Shown here: positions 21,071 through 29,484 of the stretch, piece by piece
Layout of the letters: each line of letters opens with the position of its first letter
Position numbering within the stretch: the first letter of the stretch is position 1
Assembly (NCBI GenBank): GCA_963716725.1
Contig: CAVQUB010000030.1
Coordinates: forward strand, 49,690 to 113,689
Origin: an uncultured delta proteobacterium
GTDB lineage: Bacteria > Myxococcota_A > Polyangia > Polyangiales > Polyangiaceae
DNA: 64,000 nucleotides
Direction of reading: 5' to 3'
Position numbers and translations under genes: made by a program
Notes under the pieces: generated by a model
Seen by the model: only the letters and a program-made list of their open reading frames with translations
The model's database searches: none
What the model was told of the DNA's origin: nothing

Positions 21071-22123
21071 CTAGCCGCACAACCCGACTTCTTCGCCTGT
21101 GGCGACCTGGCAGGTCGTTCCGCCGGTGCAATCTGCGCTGACGCCCGCGCGGCAGAACTTGACGCAGGTGAGGCTCGAGCCGCCTGTGGAGTAGCACCCG
21201 CCGCGCCAGGCTTTGCCGTCGCTGCCACAGGGCTCGCCGGCGGTGGAGCCGCTGGAGCAGGTCCCTCCCAGAGCAGCCGAGTCGCCGCTTTCGGCGAAGC
21301 AGAGGCTGTTCACCGCGCAGTGCTGGCCGCTGAGGCAGCTTGGGCTGGTGGACCAGAATGTGCATTGCTTGCGACATACGCTGGCGCTTTGGTCCGTTGC
21401 GCAGAGCAGGCCCTGGGCGCAGTTGGTGTTGATGTTCGAGGACGAGCAGGTTTGACCTTGGCCCGCGCTGCCCGCGGCCCAACAGAACCCTGACGCGCCC
21501 GCGAGACCCGGCTTGCAGGTCGCTCCTCCAGCGCACGGCGTTCCATTGAAGGTGCACTCGGGGTAGCACGCGCCCACCGTCGCATTGTCTTCTTGCGTGA
21601 CACAGGTCTTGCCGGTCGCGCAATCGATGATGTCCGAGCACTGCCCCGCGACGCACTTCGCCGTCGCCGGATCGCACACCATGGTCATCGGGTTGGCGCA
21701 GTCGCTCGCGTCGCTGCAGGTCGTGCCGCCACCTCCGCTCGCACCCGATCCGCCAAAGCCTCCGGTTGCGCCCGAACCCCCGGTTGCGCCCGATCCGCCG
21801 AAGCCCCCGGTTGCACCGGATCCGCCGAAGCCCCCGGTCGCACCGGATCCGCCGAAGCCCCCGGTCGCACCGGATCCGCCGAAGCCTCCGGTGGCGCCCG
21901 ATCCGCCGCCGCCTCCGGTAGCGCCGACTCCGCCGCCGCCTCCGGTAGCGCCGACTCCGCCGCCGCCTCCGGTGGCGCCGACTCCGCCGCCGAAGCCCCC
22001 GGTCGCACCTGCGCCCCCGAACCCCGAGCTGCCGTCGGGTCCCGCGTCGCCCACGCCGCCACCGCCGCCGGTGGATGAGCAGGCAACCAACAGCAATGCG
22101 AAAAACGGAGTTCCGGCTTTCAT
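21071..22123 (-). CDS. Cys-rich lipoprotein with Gly-rich tandem-repeat stalk
   Basis: MKAGTPFFALLLVAC lipobox, GGAGG upstream, (GGSGATGGF)n then Cys-rich domain. Confidence 0.85.
   Translation of the reverse strand: MKAGTPFFALLLVACSSTGGGGGVGDAGPDGSSGFGGAGATGGFGGGVGATGGGGGVGATGGGGGVGATGGGGGSGATGGFGGSGATGGFGGSGATGGFGGSGATGGFGGSGATGGSGATGGFGGSGASGGGGTTCSDASDCANPMTMVCDPATAKCVAGQCSDIIDCATGKTCVTQEDNATVGACYPECTFNGTPCAGGATCKPGLAGASGFCWAAGSAGQGQTCSSSNINTNCAQGLLCATDQSASVCRKQCTFWSTSPSCLSGQHCAVNSLCFAESGDSAALGGTCSSGSTAGEPCGSDGKAWRGGCYSTGGSSLTCVKFCRAGVSADCTGGTTCQVATGEEVGLCG
21740..22010 (-). repeat. 27-bp coding tandem repeats (GATGGFGGS / GATGGGGGV)
   Basis: Repeated ggatccgccgaagcccccggtcgcacc and gccgactccgccgccgcctccggtagc units, about ten 9-aa units. 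Confidence 0.85.
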
Positions 22124-22167
22124 GTGACCTCCTACGAAAAGCACCCCGGAGAGCTTCCTCCCGTCCA

Positions 22168-24627
22168 TCAGCTCTTCACCCTCAGCATCGCCGGATCGTA
22201 GAGCGGCTTCATCGACGCGACGGCGGGGTACAGCTTGCCGGCGATATCCACCTGCCATGTTCCCTGATCGAGGTACGCCGAGGTCACGGGCTCGCCCGCC
22301 TCGATCATCGCCAAGCCCACCGCGCCGCCGAGGGTGTGCCCATACGAAGCAGCGCGGATGTAGCCGACCGGCTTGCCGTTCCGATGCACGATCTCTGCGT
22401 GGTACATCAGCGGCTCCGGATCCTTCACCAAGATTTGCACGATGCGCCGCGTGAGCGGGCCCTGCGCCTTCTTGGCCGCGACCGCGTCTCTGCCCAGGAA
22501 GCCGCCCGGTTTCTCCAGCGCTACGGCAAATCCTAGACCGGCTTCGAGCACCGAGTCGGTGTTGTCGATGTCGTGACCGTAGTCGCGATAGCCCTTCTCC
22601 ATGCGCAGGCTCGCCAGGGCTTTGAGCCCCGCGTGCCGCAAGCCGACCTTGGCGCCGGCCGCGACCAGGCGATCGTAGACATGGGTCGCTTGCTCGGCAG
22701 GAACGTACAGCTCGTAACCCAACTCGCCGAGGTAAGTGATGCGCACGCACAACGCCCGCGCGTAGCCGATGTCGATCTCGCGCGCACAGCGGAAAGGAAA
22801 CGCCGCGTTGGCCAGGTCACAGGTCGTCACCAGCTGCATCAACTCGCGGGAGCGCGGGCCTTGCACGTTGATCTGCGCGTAGGCCGAGGTCACGTCGGTG
22901 ACGAAGGCGTGCGCGTCGTCCGGCATCTGACGCCGCATCCAGCCGAGCACGTGGCGGTGGGCCGTGTCCGAGGCGACGACCCAATAGCGATCGTCGCCCA
23001 GCTTGGTCACGGTGAGATCGGCCTCCAGCGTGCCGCCTTCGTTCAGCCACTGCGTGTAGGTGATCATTCCGGCCGCACCGTCCACGTCATTGGCCGAGAT
23101 GAAGTTCAGGAAGCGTCCCGCGTCCCGGCCTTCGACCCAGAACTTCGCCATGAACGACATGTCCATGAGGATCACGCCTTCCCGCGCCGCGCGGTGCTCG
23201 GCCTCCCAGTGCGGAAACCAGTCCTGTCGTCCCCAGGACAGCGGGCCTGGCGTCGGCTCGGTGCCGGCCGGCGCGTACCAATCAGCGCCTTCCCAGCCGC
23301 TCACGTCTCGGAAGTAGGCGCCTTGGGCCGCGAGCCGGTCATAGATCGCCGACTTCTTCGCGCCGCGCGCCGTCTGCATTGACCGCGTCGGATAGTGGCA
23401 CTGGTAGACCATGCCGAGGGACTCGACGGTTCGGGTTCGGCGGTACTCGGGGTTCGCCTGATAGGTGTGCAGGCGATCGATGTTCATGCCGGTGACGTCC
23501 ACGTCCGGGCGGCCGGTGACGATCCAGTGTGCCAGCACGCGCCCGAGGCCGCCGCCGGTGATGATACCGATGGAGTTGAGCCCCGCCGCGACGAAGTAGT
23601 TTCGGAGCTCCGGGGCCTCGCCGATCACGGGCGACAGATCCGGCGTGAAGCTCTCGGGACCACAGAAAAACTTGCGAACTCCAACCTCGAGGGAAATCGG
23701 CACGCGCTGCATGGCCTTCTCGACGTAAGGACCCATGCGGTCCCAGTCCGGCGTGATCTCACCGAACGAAAAATCTTCGGGCACGCCCTCGACCTTCCAG
23801 GGCGCGCACACCGGCTCGAAGAGGCCGATCATCAGCCCGCCGACCTCTTCGCGATAGTAGCCGTACGACGCCGGATCTTCGATCACGGGCCATGACTTCG
23901 AGAGCCCGGGGACCTTGTCGGTGATGAGGTAGTAGTGCTCCGCGGCCTGGAGCGGCACGTTCACGCCGGATTTGTCGGCGAGCTGCCGACCCCACATGCC
24001 CGCGCAATTCACCACCACCTCGGCCTCGATGTCGCCGAAGGGTGTTCGAACGCCGGTCACAGTGCGGCCACGAGTCGAGAGTCCGGTGACTGCGACGCCT
24101 TCGAGCACCGTCACGCCCTTCAGGCGCGCGCCCTTGGCCAGCGACATGGTCGCGTCCACCGGGTTCACGCGTCCGTCTCCCTGAACGTAGAAGCCCGCGA
24201 GCAGGTCGTCGGTCTTCGCGAGCGGGAACAGTTCCTTGACCTGGGAGGCGGAGATCTCGTGCACGTCCACGCCGCAGTGGCGGTTGAACGCGGCCACGCG
24301 GCGGTACTCCTCCAAGCGATCGCGCTGGGCGGCCAGCTCGATGAAGCCGACGGGCTCGAACCCGGTGGACAGCCCGGTCTCGGCTTCGAGCCGGCTGTAG
24401 AGATCGCGCGTGTACTTGCGCATCTCCGTCGAAGTCTCCGAGGTCGAGCCGAAGGTCACCATGAGGCCGGCGGCGTGCCAGGTGGTGCCCGAGGTCAGTC
24501 GATCGCGCTCGAGCAGCACGATGTCCTTCCAACCCAGGTGAGCCAGGTGATAGGCGACGGAGCAGCCGATCACTCCGCCTCCGATGACGACGACCCGCGC
24601 GTGTTTCGGCAGTACCGGTTCGGACAT
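22168..24627 (-). CDS. GcvT-family FAD-dependent oxidoreductase (sarcosine/dimethylglycine dehydrogenase-like)
   Basis: VVIGGGVIG, TSGTTWHAAG, GPESFTPD, RITYLGELGYELY, LRMEKGYR, PLYDP. Confidence 0.9.
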   Translation of the reverse strand: MSEPVLPKHARVVVIGGGVIGCSVAYHLAHLGWKDIVLLERDRLTSGTTWHAAGLMVTFGSTSETSTEMRKYTRDLYSRLEAETGLSTGFEPVGFIELAAQRDRLEEYRRVAAFNRHCGVDVHEISASQVKELFPLAKTDDLLAGFYVQGDGRVNPVDATMSLAKGARLKGVTVLEGVAVTGLSTRGRTVTGVRTPFGDIEAEVVVNCAGMWGRQLADKSGVNVPLQAAEHYYLITDKVPGLSKSWPVIEDPASYGYYREEVGGLMIGLFEPVCAPWKVEGVPEDFSFGEITPDWDRMGPYVEKAMQRVPISLEVGVRKFFCGPESFTPDLSPVIGEAPELRNYFVAAGLNSIGIITGGGLGRVLAHWIVTGRPDVDVTGMNIDRLHTYQANPEYRRTRTVESLGMVYQCHYPTRSMQTARGAKKSAIYDRLAAQGAYFRDVSGWEGADWYAPAGTEPTPGPLSWGRQDWFPHWEAEHRAAREGVILMDMSFMAKFWVEGRDAGRFLNFISANDVDGAAGMITYTQWLNEGGTLEADLTVTKLGDDRYWVVASDTAHRHVLGWMRRQMPDDAHAFVTDVTSAYAQINVQGPRSRELMQLVTTCDLANAAFPFRCAREIDIGYARALCVRITYLGELGYELYVPAEQATHVYDRLVAAGAKVGLRHAGLKALASLRMEKGYRDYGHDIDNTDSVLEAGLGFAVALEKPGGFLGRDAVAAKKAQGPLTRRIVQILVKDPEPLMYHAEIVHRNGKPVGYIRAASYGHTLGGAVGLAMIEAGEPVTSAYLDQGTWQVDIAGKLYPAVASMKPLYDPAMLRVKS

Positions 24628-24662
24628 GGCGGGCGAGCATATCAAAGTCCGAACAGCACCGG

Positions 24663-25343
24663 TCACCCGGGACGGATCTTCCCCGCGATGTTGGCGAGCC
24701 AGTCGGTGCCTGCGCGCTCGAGGTGGTCGAAGGTTGCGTCGTCACCGTAGGCGACGGCGGTCCACATGGCGCGGGACAGATTCACCAGCCCAGCGATGCG
24801 CGCCGAACGTGTCACATTTCCGAGAGCGACGGCAGCCGCTTCGGTTTGTGCGAGCGACGACATCAGGAGCGCCCGCGGCGCCGATGCCGAGGTCAGCCCG
24901 CACCAGGCTTCCCAGTCGTCTTGATAGGCCTCCGGAGTCGTGGAGCCGAGACCGAGCTTGCTCGCGAGGTTCGAAAGGAAGTGCCACCTGGGGGAGGGGT
25001 CACTCGCATCGTAGTCGTCGCCCGAAGCGAGCCAGATCTCCGTCGCACTCTCGACGGTCTCAGCGTCCAGCTTCGCGGCCGCCGGGGAAGCGTGTTTCGA
25101 GAACGCCTCGATCACGCTTGCACCCGTGCTGCGGGAGCCATCGTTCACGGCTTGGGCGAGCCAGACGCGTGCCGCGCGATCGGGCTCCCACCCGAGCAGG
25201 GCGAGCCACAGCTTGTCGGAGCCCGCCTTGGAGAAGCGCTCTGCTGCGGTCTGCCGCTGGAGCGCGTCTCGGCTGGGAGCCGCCCGGGCGGCGGTGTTGG
25301 GCGAGTGGCCCTGGGCTCGGCGGAGCTTCCTTTTGTTGGACAC
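24663..25343 (-). CDS. Hypothetical protein
   Basis: Protein-like ORF; GTG 25343 preceded by TACAAT 7 nt upstream. Confidence 0.6.
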   Translation of the reverse strand: MSNKRKLRRAQGHSPNTAARAAPSRDALQRQTAAERFSKAGSDKLWLALLGWEPDRAARVWLAQAVNDGSRSTGASVIEAFSKHASPAAAKLDAETVESATEIWLASGDDYDASDPSPRWHFLSNLASKLGLGSTTPEAYQDDWEAWCGLTSASAPRALLMSSLAQTEAAAVALGNVTRSARIAGLVNLSRAMWTAVAYGDDATFDHLERAGTDWLANIAGKIRPG

Positions 25344-25438
25344 GGGGCGGATTGTACATGACGCGGCGCTACTGGTCGTTGATCGCCGGGGCCCGCGCGA
25401 GTAGTCCTGATCGAGCCACGCCTGGCGGGAGGACACCG

Positions 25439-25831
25439 ATGCTCAAGGTCGAAGACATCATGACCCGGAATGTGATGACCGTTTCGCCCACCACCCCGCT
25501 CGATGAATTGGCGTGGGGGCTCACGCAGAAGGGCGTGAGCGGCGCGCCGGTGCAGGACGCAGGCGGGCACCTGCTCGGATTGGTCACCAAGAGCGACCTC
25601 GCCGATCCCAACCGTCCCAACAAGTTGCACGCAGCGACGGTCGAGGACGTGATGAGCCCCTTCGTCTTCGCCATCCCCGCGACCGATTCGGTGCTCGACG
25701 CTGCCAAGCGCATGGTCGATACCGGCAGCCACCGGCTCGTGGTGGTCGACGGCCAAGGGCATGTGGCGGGCATCATCTCGACCATGGACGTCGTGCGCGC
25801 ATTGGTCGACGGCAAGCTTGGCCGGGCATGA
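25439..25831 (+). CDS. Tandem CBS-domain protein
   Basis: KVEDIMTRNV..VSGAPV..GLVTKSDL and VEDVMS..HRLVVVD..GIISTMDV; GGAGG upstream. Confidence 0.9.
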   Translation: MLKVEDIMTRNVMTVSPTTPLDELAWGLTQKGVSGAPVQDAGGHLLGLVTKSDLADPNRPNKLHAATVEDVMSPFVFAIPATDSVLDAAKRMVDTGSHRLVVVDGQGHVAGIISTMDVVRALVDGKLGRA

Positions 25832-26235
25832 GCCCGAAGGACAAAGGCGATCGCGAAGCTATCCTCTCCCGACGTCGGCTCTTCGTCGCGTCGGCGATGG
25901 CGAGCATCGTGGTTGCGGAGCCGGCCTGCGACACCCTGTTCAGACCCTGTCTGGAGCCGGCGATGCGCCCCGACGCGGAGCCGACGATGTGCCTCGCCGT
26001 GCCGCTGAGTCCCCGCGACGCATCGGTGTCGATCGTCACCGACGCCGGATCGGGCGCGGACGCCGCCGCCGAGCCCTGCCTGAGCGTTGCGCGCCCGCCG
26101 CCCGACGCCGGGCGAGACGCAGCGACCGAGCCGCCCCGTCCGTGTCTGGGGCCGTCGCGTCCGAGGCCCTGCCTATCGCCGCCGCCGCCGCCGCCGCAAC
26201 CCTGCCTCAAGCCTTCGGGTGGCGGCTTCCCCTGA
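25828..26235 (+). CDS. Small exported Pro-rich protein with six xCL motifs
   Basis: MSPKDKGDREAILSRRRLFVASAMASIVVAEPAC then RPCL, TMCL, EPCL, RPCL, RPCL, QPCL; ATGA overlap with the CBS gene. Confidence 0.75.
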   Translation: MSPKDKGDREAILSRRRLFVASAMASIVVAEPACDTLFRPCLEPAMRPDAEPTMCLAVPLSPRDASVSIVTDAGSGADAAAEPCLSVARPPPDAGRDAATEPPRPCLGPSRPRPCLSPPPPPPQPCLKPSGGGFP

Positions 26236-27910
26236 TCCGACGACGGAGTCGCGCCAGCGCGAGCAGGCCGAGGCCGATCAGCGCCGCCGACGAGCCGGGA
26301 CGTCCGGGAAGCTGACAGCCACAACCGGAGTCTTCGTCGCTCTCGGCCGCCTTTTTTCCACCACCACCGCTGGCGCCGCCGCTGCTGGCGCCGCCGCTGC
26401 TGGCGCCGCCGCTCCCAGCACCGCCGCCGGCCGATCCGCCGCCGCTGCCGGAGACACCGCCGCCGCCGGACACGCCGCCGCCGCCACCGCTGGAGGAGCC
26501 TCCCACGCCGGGTCCACCGTCCGGGGGCACGACGCTGCCGTCGTGCCACTCGAAGGCGCCGACGTCCACGGCGCTGCCTTGAGGACGTGGAATGCCTTCG
26601 ATGTCGATCTTCGGAGCCTGATCGCTGGAGCCCTGGTTGATGGCGGGCGCGGTGGGGATCAGGTGCAGGTCGTTCTTGGCCGCGCTGACGAAGAACTGCG
26701 CGTAGTCCTTGAGCTCGATGTTGTGATCCTCGGTCACCCCCGCCGCGGCCAGGTTCAGATCGGTGGTCAGGTTGTTGCGCACCAAACAGCCCGTGGGCGC
26801 GGTGCCGTTCTTGTGCGCCCCGATCTGGATCCAGGGGGGGCCAGGCTTCTCCGTGTTCGGATCGATCACGGTGTTGTTCACCACCCGGCTGTTCTTGGCG
26901 CCCAAGAGCGTGATGCCGTGCCAGTGATCGGTGATGATCACGTTGTTCTCGATCACCCAGTCGACGAAGGTGCCGTCGAAGCAGCCGATGCCCTGGAGCG
27001 GGCCGCGGAGCGTCTGGTTGGGGTCTTCGTAGTTGATGATCACGTTGCCGCGCAGCATGACGCCGACCACCTGTCCGGTGCCGACCTTGCCGTCCCCGCC
27101 CACCGACCACGACTGGAAGCCGTCGTCGTGGTTGTCGTTGACGTCGTAGCAGTTCTTGACGGTGTTGTATTGGAAGGTCGTGTAGTCGCCGAGGCCGCGC
27201 AGGCCGTCGCCGGCGAAGGAGTCGACGACGTTCTTCTCGATCAGTGAGTTCTTGGCGGTGACGCTGATGCCGAAGTTCACGTTCTTGATGTCGTTGCCGC
27301 GGATGGTGATCTTGTCGCCCGCGACCTGGAACACGTTGGCCGAGAGCGTGTCCCACTCGCTGGCGGTCCAGGCCGAGACGTCGGCCTTCGATCGGAGCAC
27401 GCAGCTCTCGACCGTGATCTCGCTCACGGGCCCTTGGGAGGCGTGGTTCTCGATGGCGACCATGGTGGCCTTGGCGTAGGTCGGCGCAAAGTCCGGGCTG
27501 ATGGCCAGGCCCACCAGCTTCCAGTTGGAGCTCGACCGCACCAGCACCTTGCTCAACTTCGGCGTGTGCCCGGCCTGGGCGGCGACGGTGATGAGGCCCG
27601 TGTTGTAGTGGCTCGTGATGTCCAGTGAGCCGTGGTAGCCGTCGCGCAGCCAGAGGGTGTCTCCGGCTTTGACCACGCCGCTCGCGTTCTTGGCCACGAG
27701 CTTCGAGGCGCTGGTGTGGGGCACGACGTCCCACCCCTGAGTCTGGACCTTGCCGGTGCTGATCACCTCGTTGATGCTCTTCCACGGTTTGGCCGAGCTG
27801 CCATCGCCGGCCGCGCTGCCGTTGACCGGATCGACGTAGAAGTCGGCGGCGAGGGCGGTGGTGGAAAAGCAAACGATGGCGGCGGAGATGCCCAAGGCGA
27901 CGCTACGCAT
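26207..27910 (-). CDS. Secreted parallel beta-helix protein with MYXO-CTERM
   Basis: Signal peptide, ADFYVDP..GDGSSAKPWKSI, beta-helix repeats, D..G.PRPQGSAVDVGAFE, C-terminal GCGC-TM-RRR. Confidence 0.88.
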   Translation of the reverse strand: MRSVALGISAAIVCFSTTALAADFYVDPVNGSAAGDGSSAKPWKSINEVISTGKVQTQGWDVVPHTSASKLVAKNASGVVKAGDTLWLRDGYHGSLDITSHYNTGLITVAAQAGHTPKLSKVLVRSSSNWKLVGLAISPDFAPTYAKATMVAIENHASQGPVSEITVESCVLRSKADVSAWTASEWDTLSANVFQVAGDKITIRGNDIKNVNFGISVTAKNSLIEKNVVDSFAGDGLRGLGDYTTFQYNTVKNCYDVNDNHDDGFQSWSVGGDGKVGTGQVVGVMLRGNVIINYEDPNQTLRGPLQGIGCFDGTFVDWVIENNVIITDHWHGITLLGAKNSRVVNNTVIDPNTEKPGPPWIQIGAHKNGTAPTGCLVRNNLTTDLNLAAAGVTEDHNIELKDYAQFFVSAAKNDLHLIPTAPAINQGSSDQAPKIDIEGIPRPQGSAVDVGAFEWHDGSVVPPDGGPGVGGSSSGGGGGVSGGGGVSGSGGGSAGGGAGSGGASSGGASSGGASGGGGKKAAESDEDSGCGCQLPGRPGSSAALIGLGLLALARLRRRIRGSRHPKA

Positions 27911-27927
27911 GCCGAGAGAGTACTGGC

Positions 27928-29373
27928 CTAGAGCAGCGGCGACAATACCCGCGCTCCGCCTTCGAAGAGGCGCCGCGAGAGCGGCAGACGAAGGCGGCTG
28001 GCCACCGTGACTTGCTTGGCGTCACTGAGATCCCGCTCGAAGTTCGCGGCCAATTCTTCGGCAATCCGCTTGCTGTAGACCAGGGCGGTGACCTCGAAGT
28101 TCAGGCGAAAGCTGCGGTTGTCGAAGTTCGCCGTTCCGATGCTGCCCATCCAGTCGTCGATCACCAGCGTCTTCGCGTGCAGCATGCGCGTCTGGTACTC
28201 GAAGATCCGTACCCCCGCGCGCAGCAGCGGGTCGTAGTGCGAGCGCGCCGCGGCACTGACGGTGCGCGAATCGCTCTTGTGGGGCACGAGCACGCGCACG
28301 TCCACTCCGCGCAGCGCCGCAGCCTTGAGCGCAAACGACATGGCCTCGTCCGGGATGAAGTACGGCGTGCAGAGCCAGGCCCGCGACGCGGCCATGTTGA
28401 TCGCCGCGAAGAACGCCGCCTTGATGGTCTCGTGCTCCTTGTCGGGGCCCGAATCGAGGATCTGCACCAGGTCGCCCTGGGCGACCGGATCGGTCGCGAA
28501 GAGCGAGGGCTCGCTGGGCGCGGGCTTCTTCGCGTAACACCAGTCTTCGAGGAAGACGAGCTGAAGCTGGGCGACGCAGGGCCCTTCGAGCCGCAGGTGC
28601 GTGTCGCGCCAGGCATCGGGTCGCAGCTGAGTGTTCTCTTCGTCCGTGATGTTGATCCCTCCGGTGAACCCGATACGACCATCGACGACCAAGATCTTGC
28701 GGTGGTTGCGGAAGTTGAGCACTCGCCCCCAGAGCGCTGCGGGTCCGAGCGGGCTGTACACGCCGACCTCAGCGCCGGCTGCCAGTAGCGGGCCAAAGAA
28801 GCTGGAGTCGCGGCGGGCGCGAGCCGAGCCCACGGCGTCGACGAGTACTCGCACTTTCACCCCGGCGCGCGCACGTTCGAGCAGCGCGTCGCGAAACGAC
28901 CGGCCGGTCTCGTCGGGTTCGAAGATGTAGTAGAGCACGTGAACGTGATCGCGGGCGCCGGCGATGGCTTCGAGCATGGACGCGTAGGTCGCCGCGCCGT
29001 CAATCAAGACCTCGGCTCGGGTTGCCCGGGCGAGCGGCGCGCGGTTGACCGCCTCGACCAAGTGCGCGAGCTGGGCGGCGTCACGAAAGGTGCCGGGGTC
29101 GCGGATCGCGAGGGCTTCGGCCGCGAGCGCGGGGTGCAAGATCGCGTTCTTCGCCCGCAGGCGGCGTAGGCGGCGGCGCCGCATGCGGCGCGGGCCGAAG
29201 AAGAAGTAGATCAAGAAGCCGGCACCCGGCAGCGCGACGAGTCCGAAGATCCAGGCCAAGGTCGCGGCTGGACTGCGCTTCTCGAGCAGGATCCAGCCTG
29301 CGAGCAGCGGCACGTAGATCGCTTCGACGATCGTCAGCGCCGTCCAATAGGACGCGAGGTCGCTCGGTAGCAT
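27928..29373 (-). CDS. cls: Cardiolipin synthase
   Basis: Two N-terminal TMs and two HKD motifs (NHRKILVVDG, LHAKTLVIDD), GTANFDNRSFRLNFE. Confidence 0.93.
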   Translation of the reverse strand: MLPSDLASYWTALTIVEAIYVPLLAGWILLEKRSPAATLAWIFGLVALPGAGFLIYFFFGPRRMRRRRLRRLRAKNAILHPALAAEALAIRDPGTFRDAAQLAHLVEAVNRAPLARATRAEVLIDGAATYASMLEAIAGARDHVHVLYYIFEPDETGRSFRDALLERARAGVKVRVLVDAVGSARARRDSSFFGPLLAAGAEVGVYSPLGPAALWGRVLNFRNHRKILVVDGRIGFTGGINITDEENTQLRPDAWRDTHLRLEGPCVAQLQLVFLEDWCYAKKPAPSEPSLFATDPVAQGDLVQILDSGPDKEHETIKAAFFAAINMAASRAWLCTPYFIPDEAMSFALKAAALRGVDVRVLVPHKSDSRTVSAAARSHYDPLLRAGVRIFEYQTRMLHAKTLVIDDWMGSIGTANFDNRSFRLNFEVTALVYSKRIAEELAANFERDLSDAKQVTVASRLRLPLSRRLFEGGARVLSPLL

Positions 29374-29484
29374 CTACTGACGCATCCGTCCGCTGAGCTG
29401 ATCGGTTGCAGGTCGTGCCCAGCGCCTCACGGCCCGCACTATATCGCGTTCGGCGACCTCGGTTCCTGCTAGCTTTTGTGCGAA

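Noticed and set aside
21740..22010. Regular 27-bp repeats as a CRISPR array
   Set aside because: No unique spacers, in-frame Gly-rich coding repeats, no cas genes.
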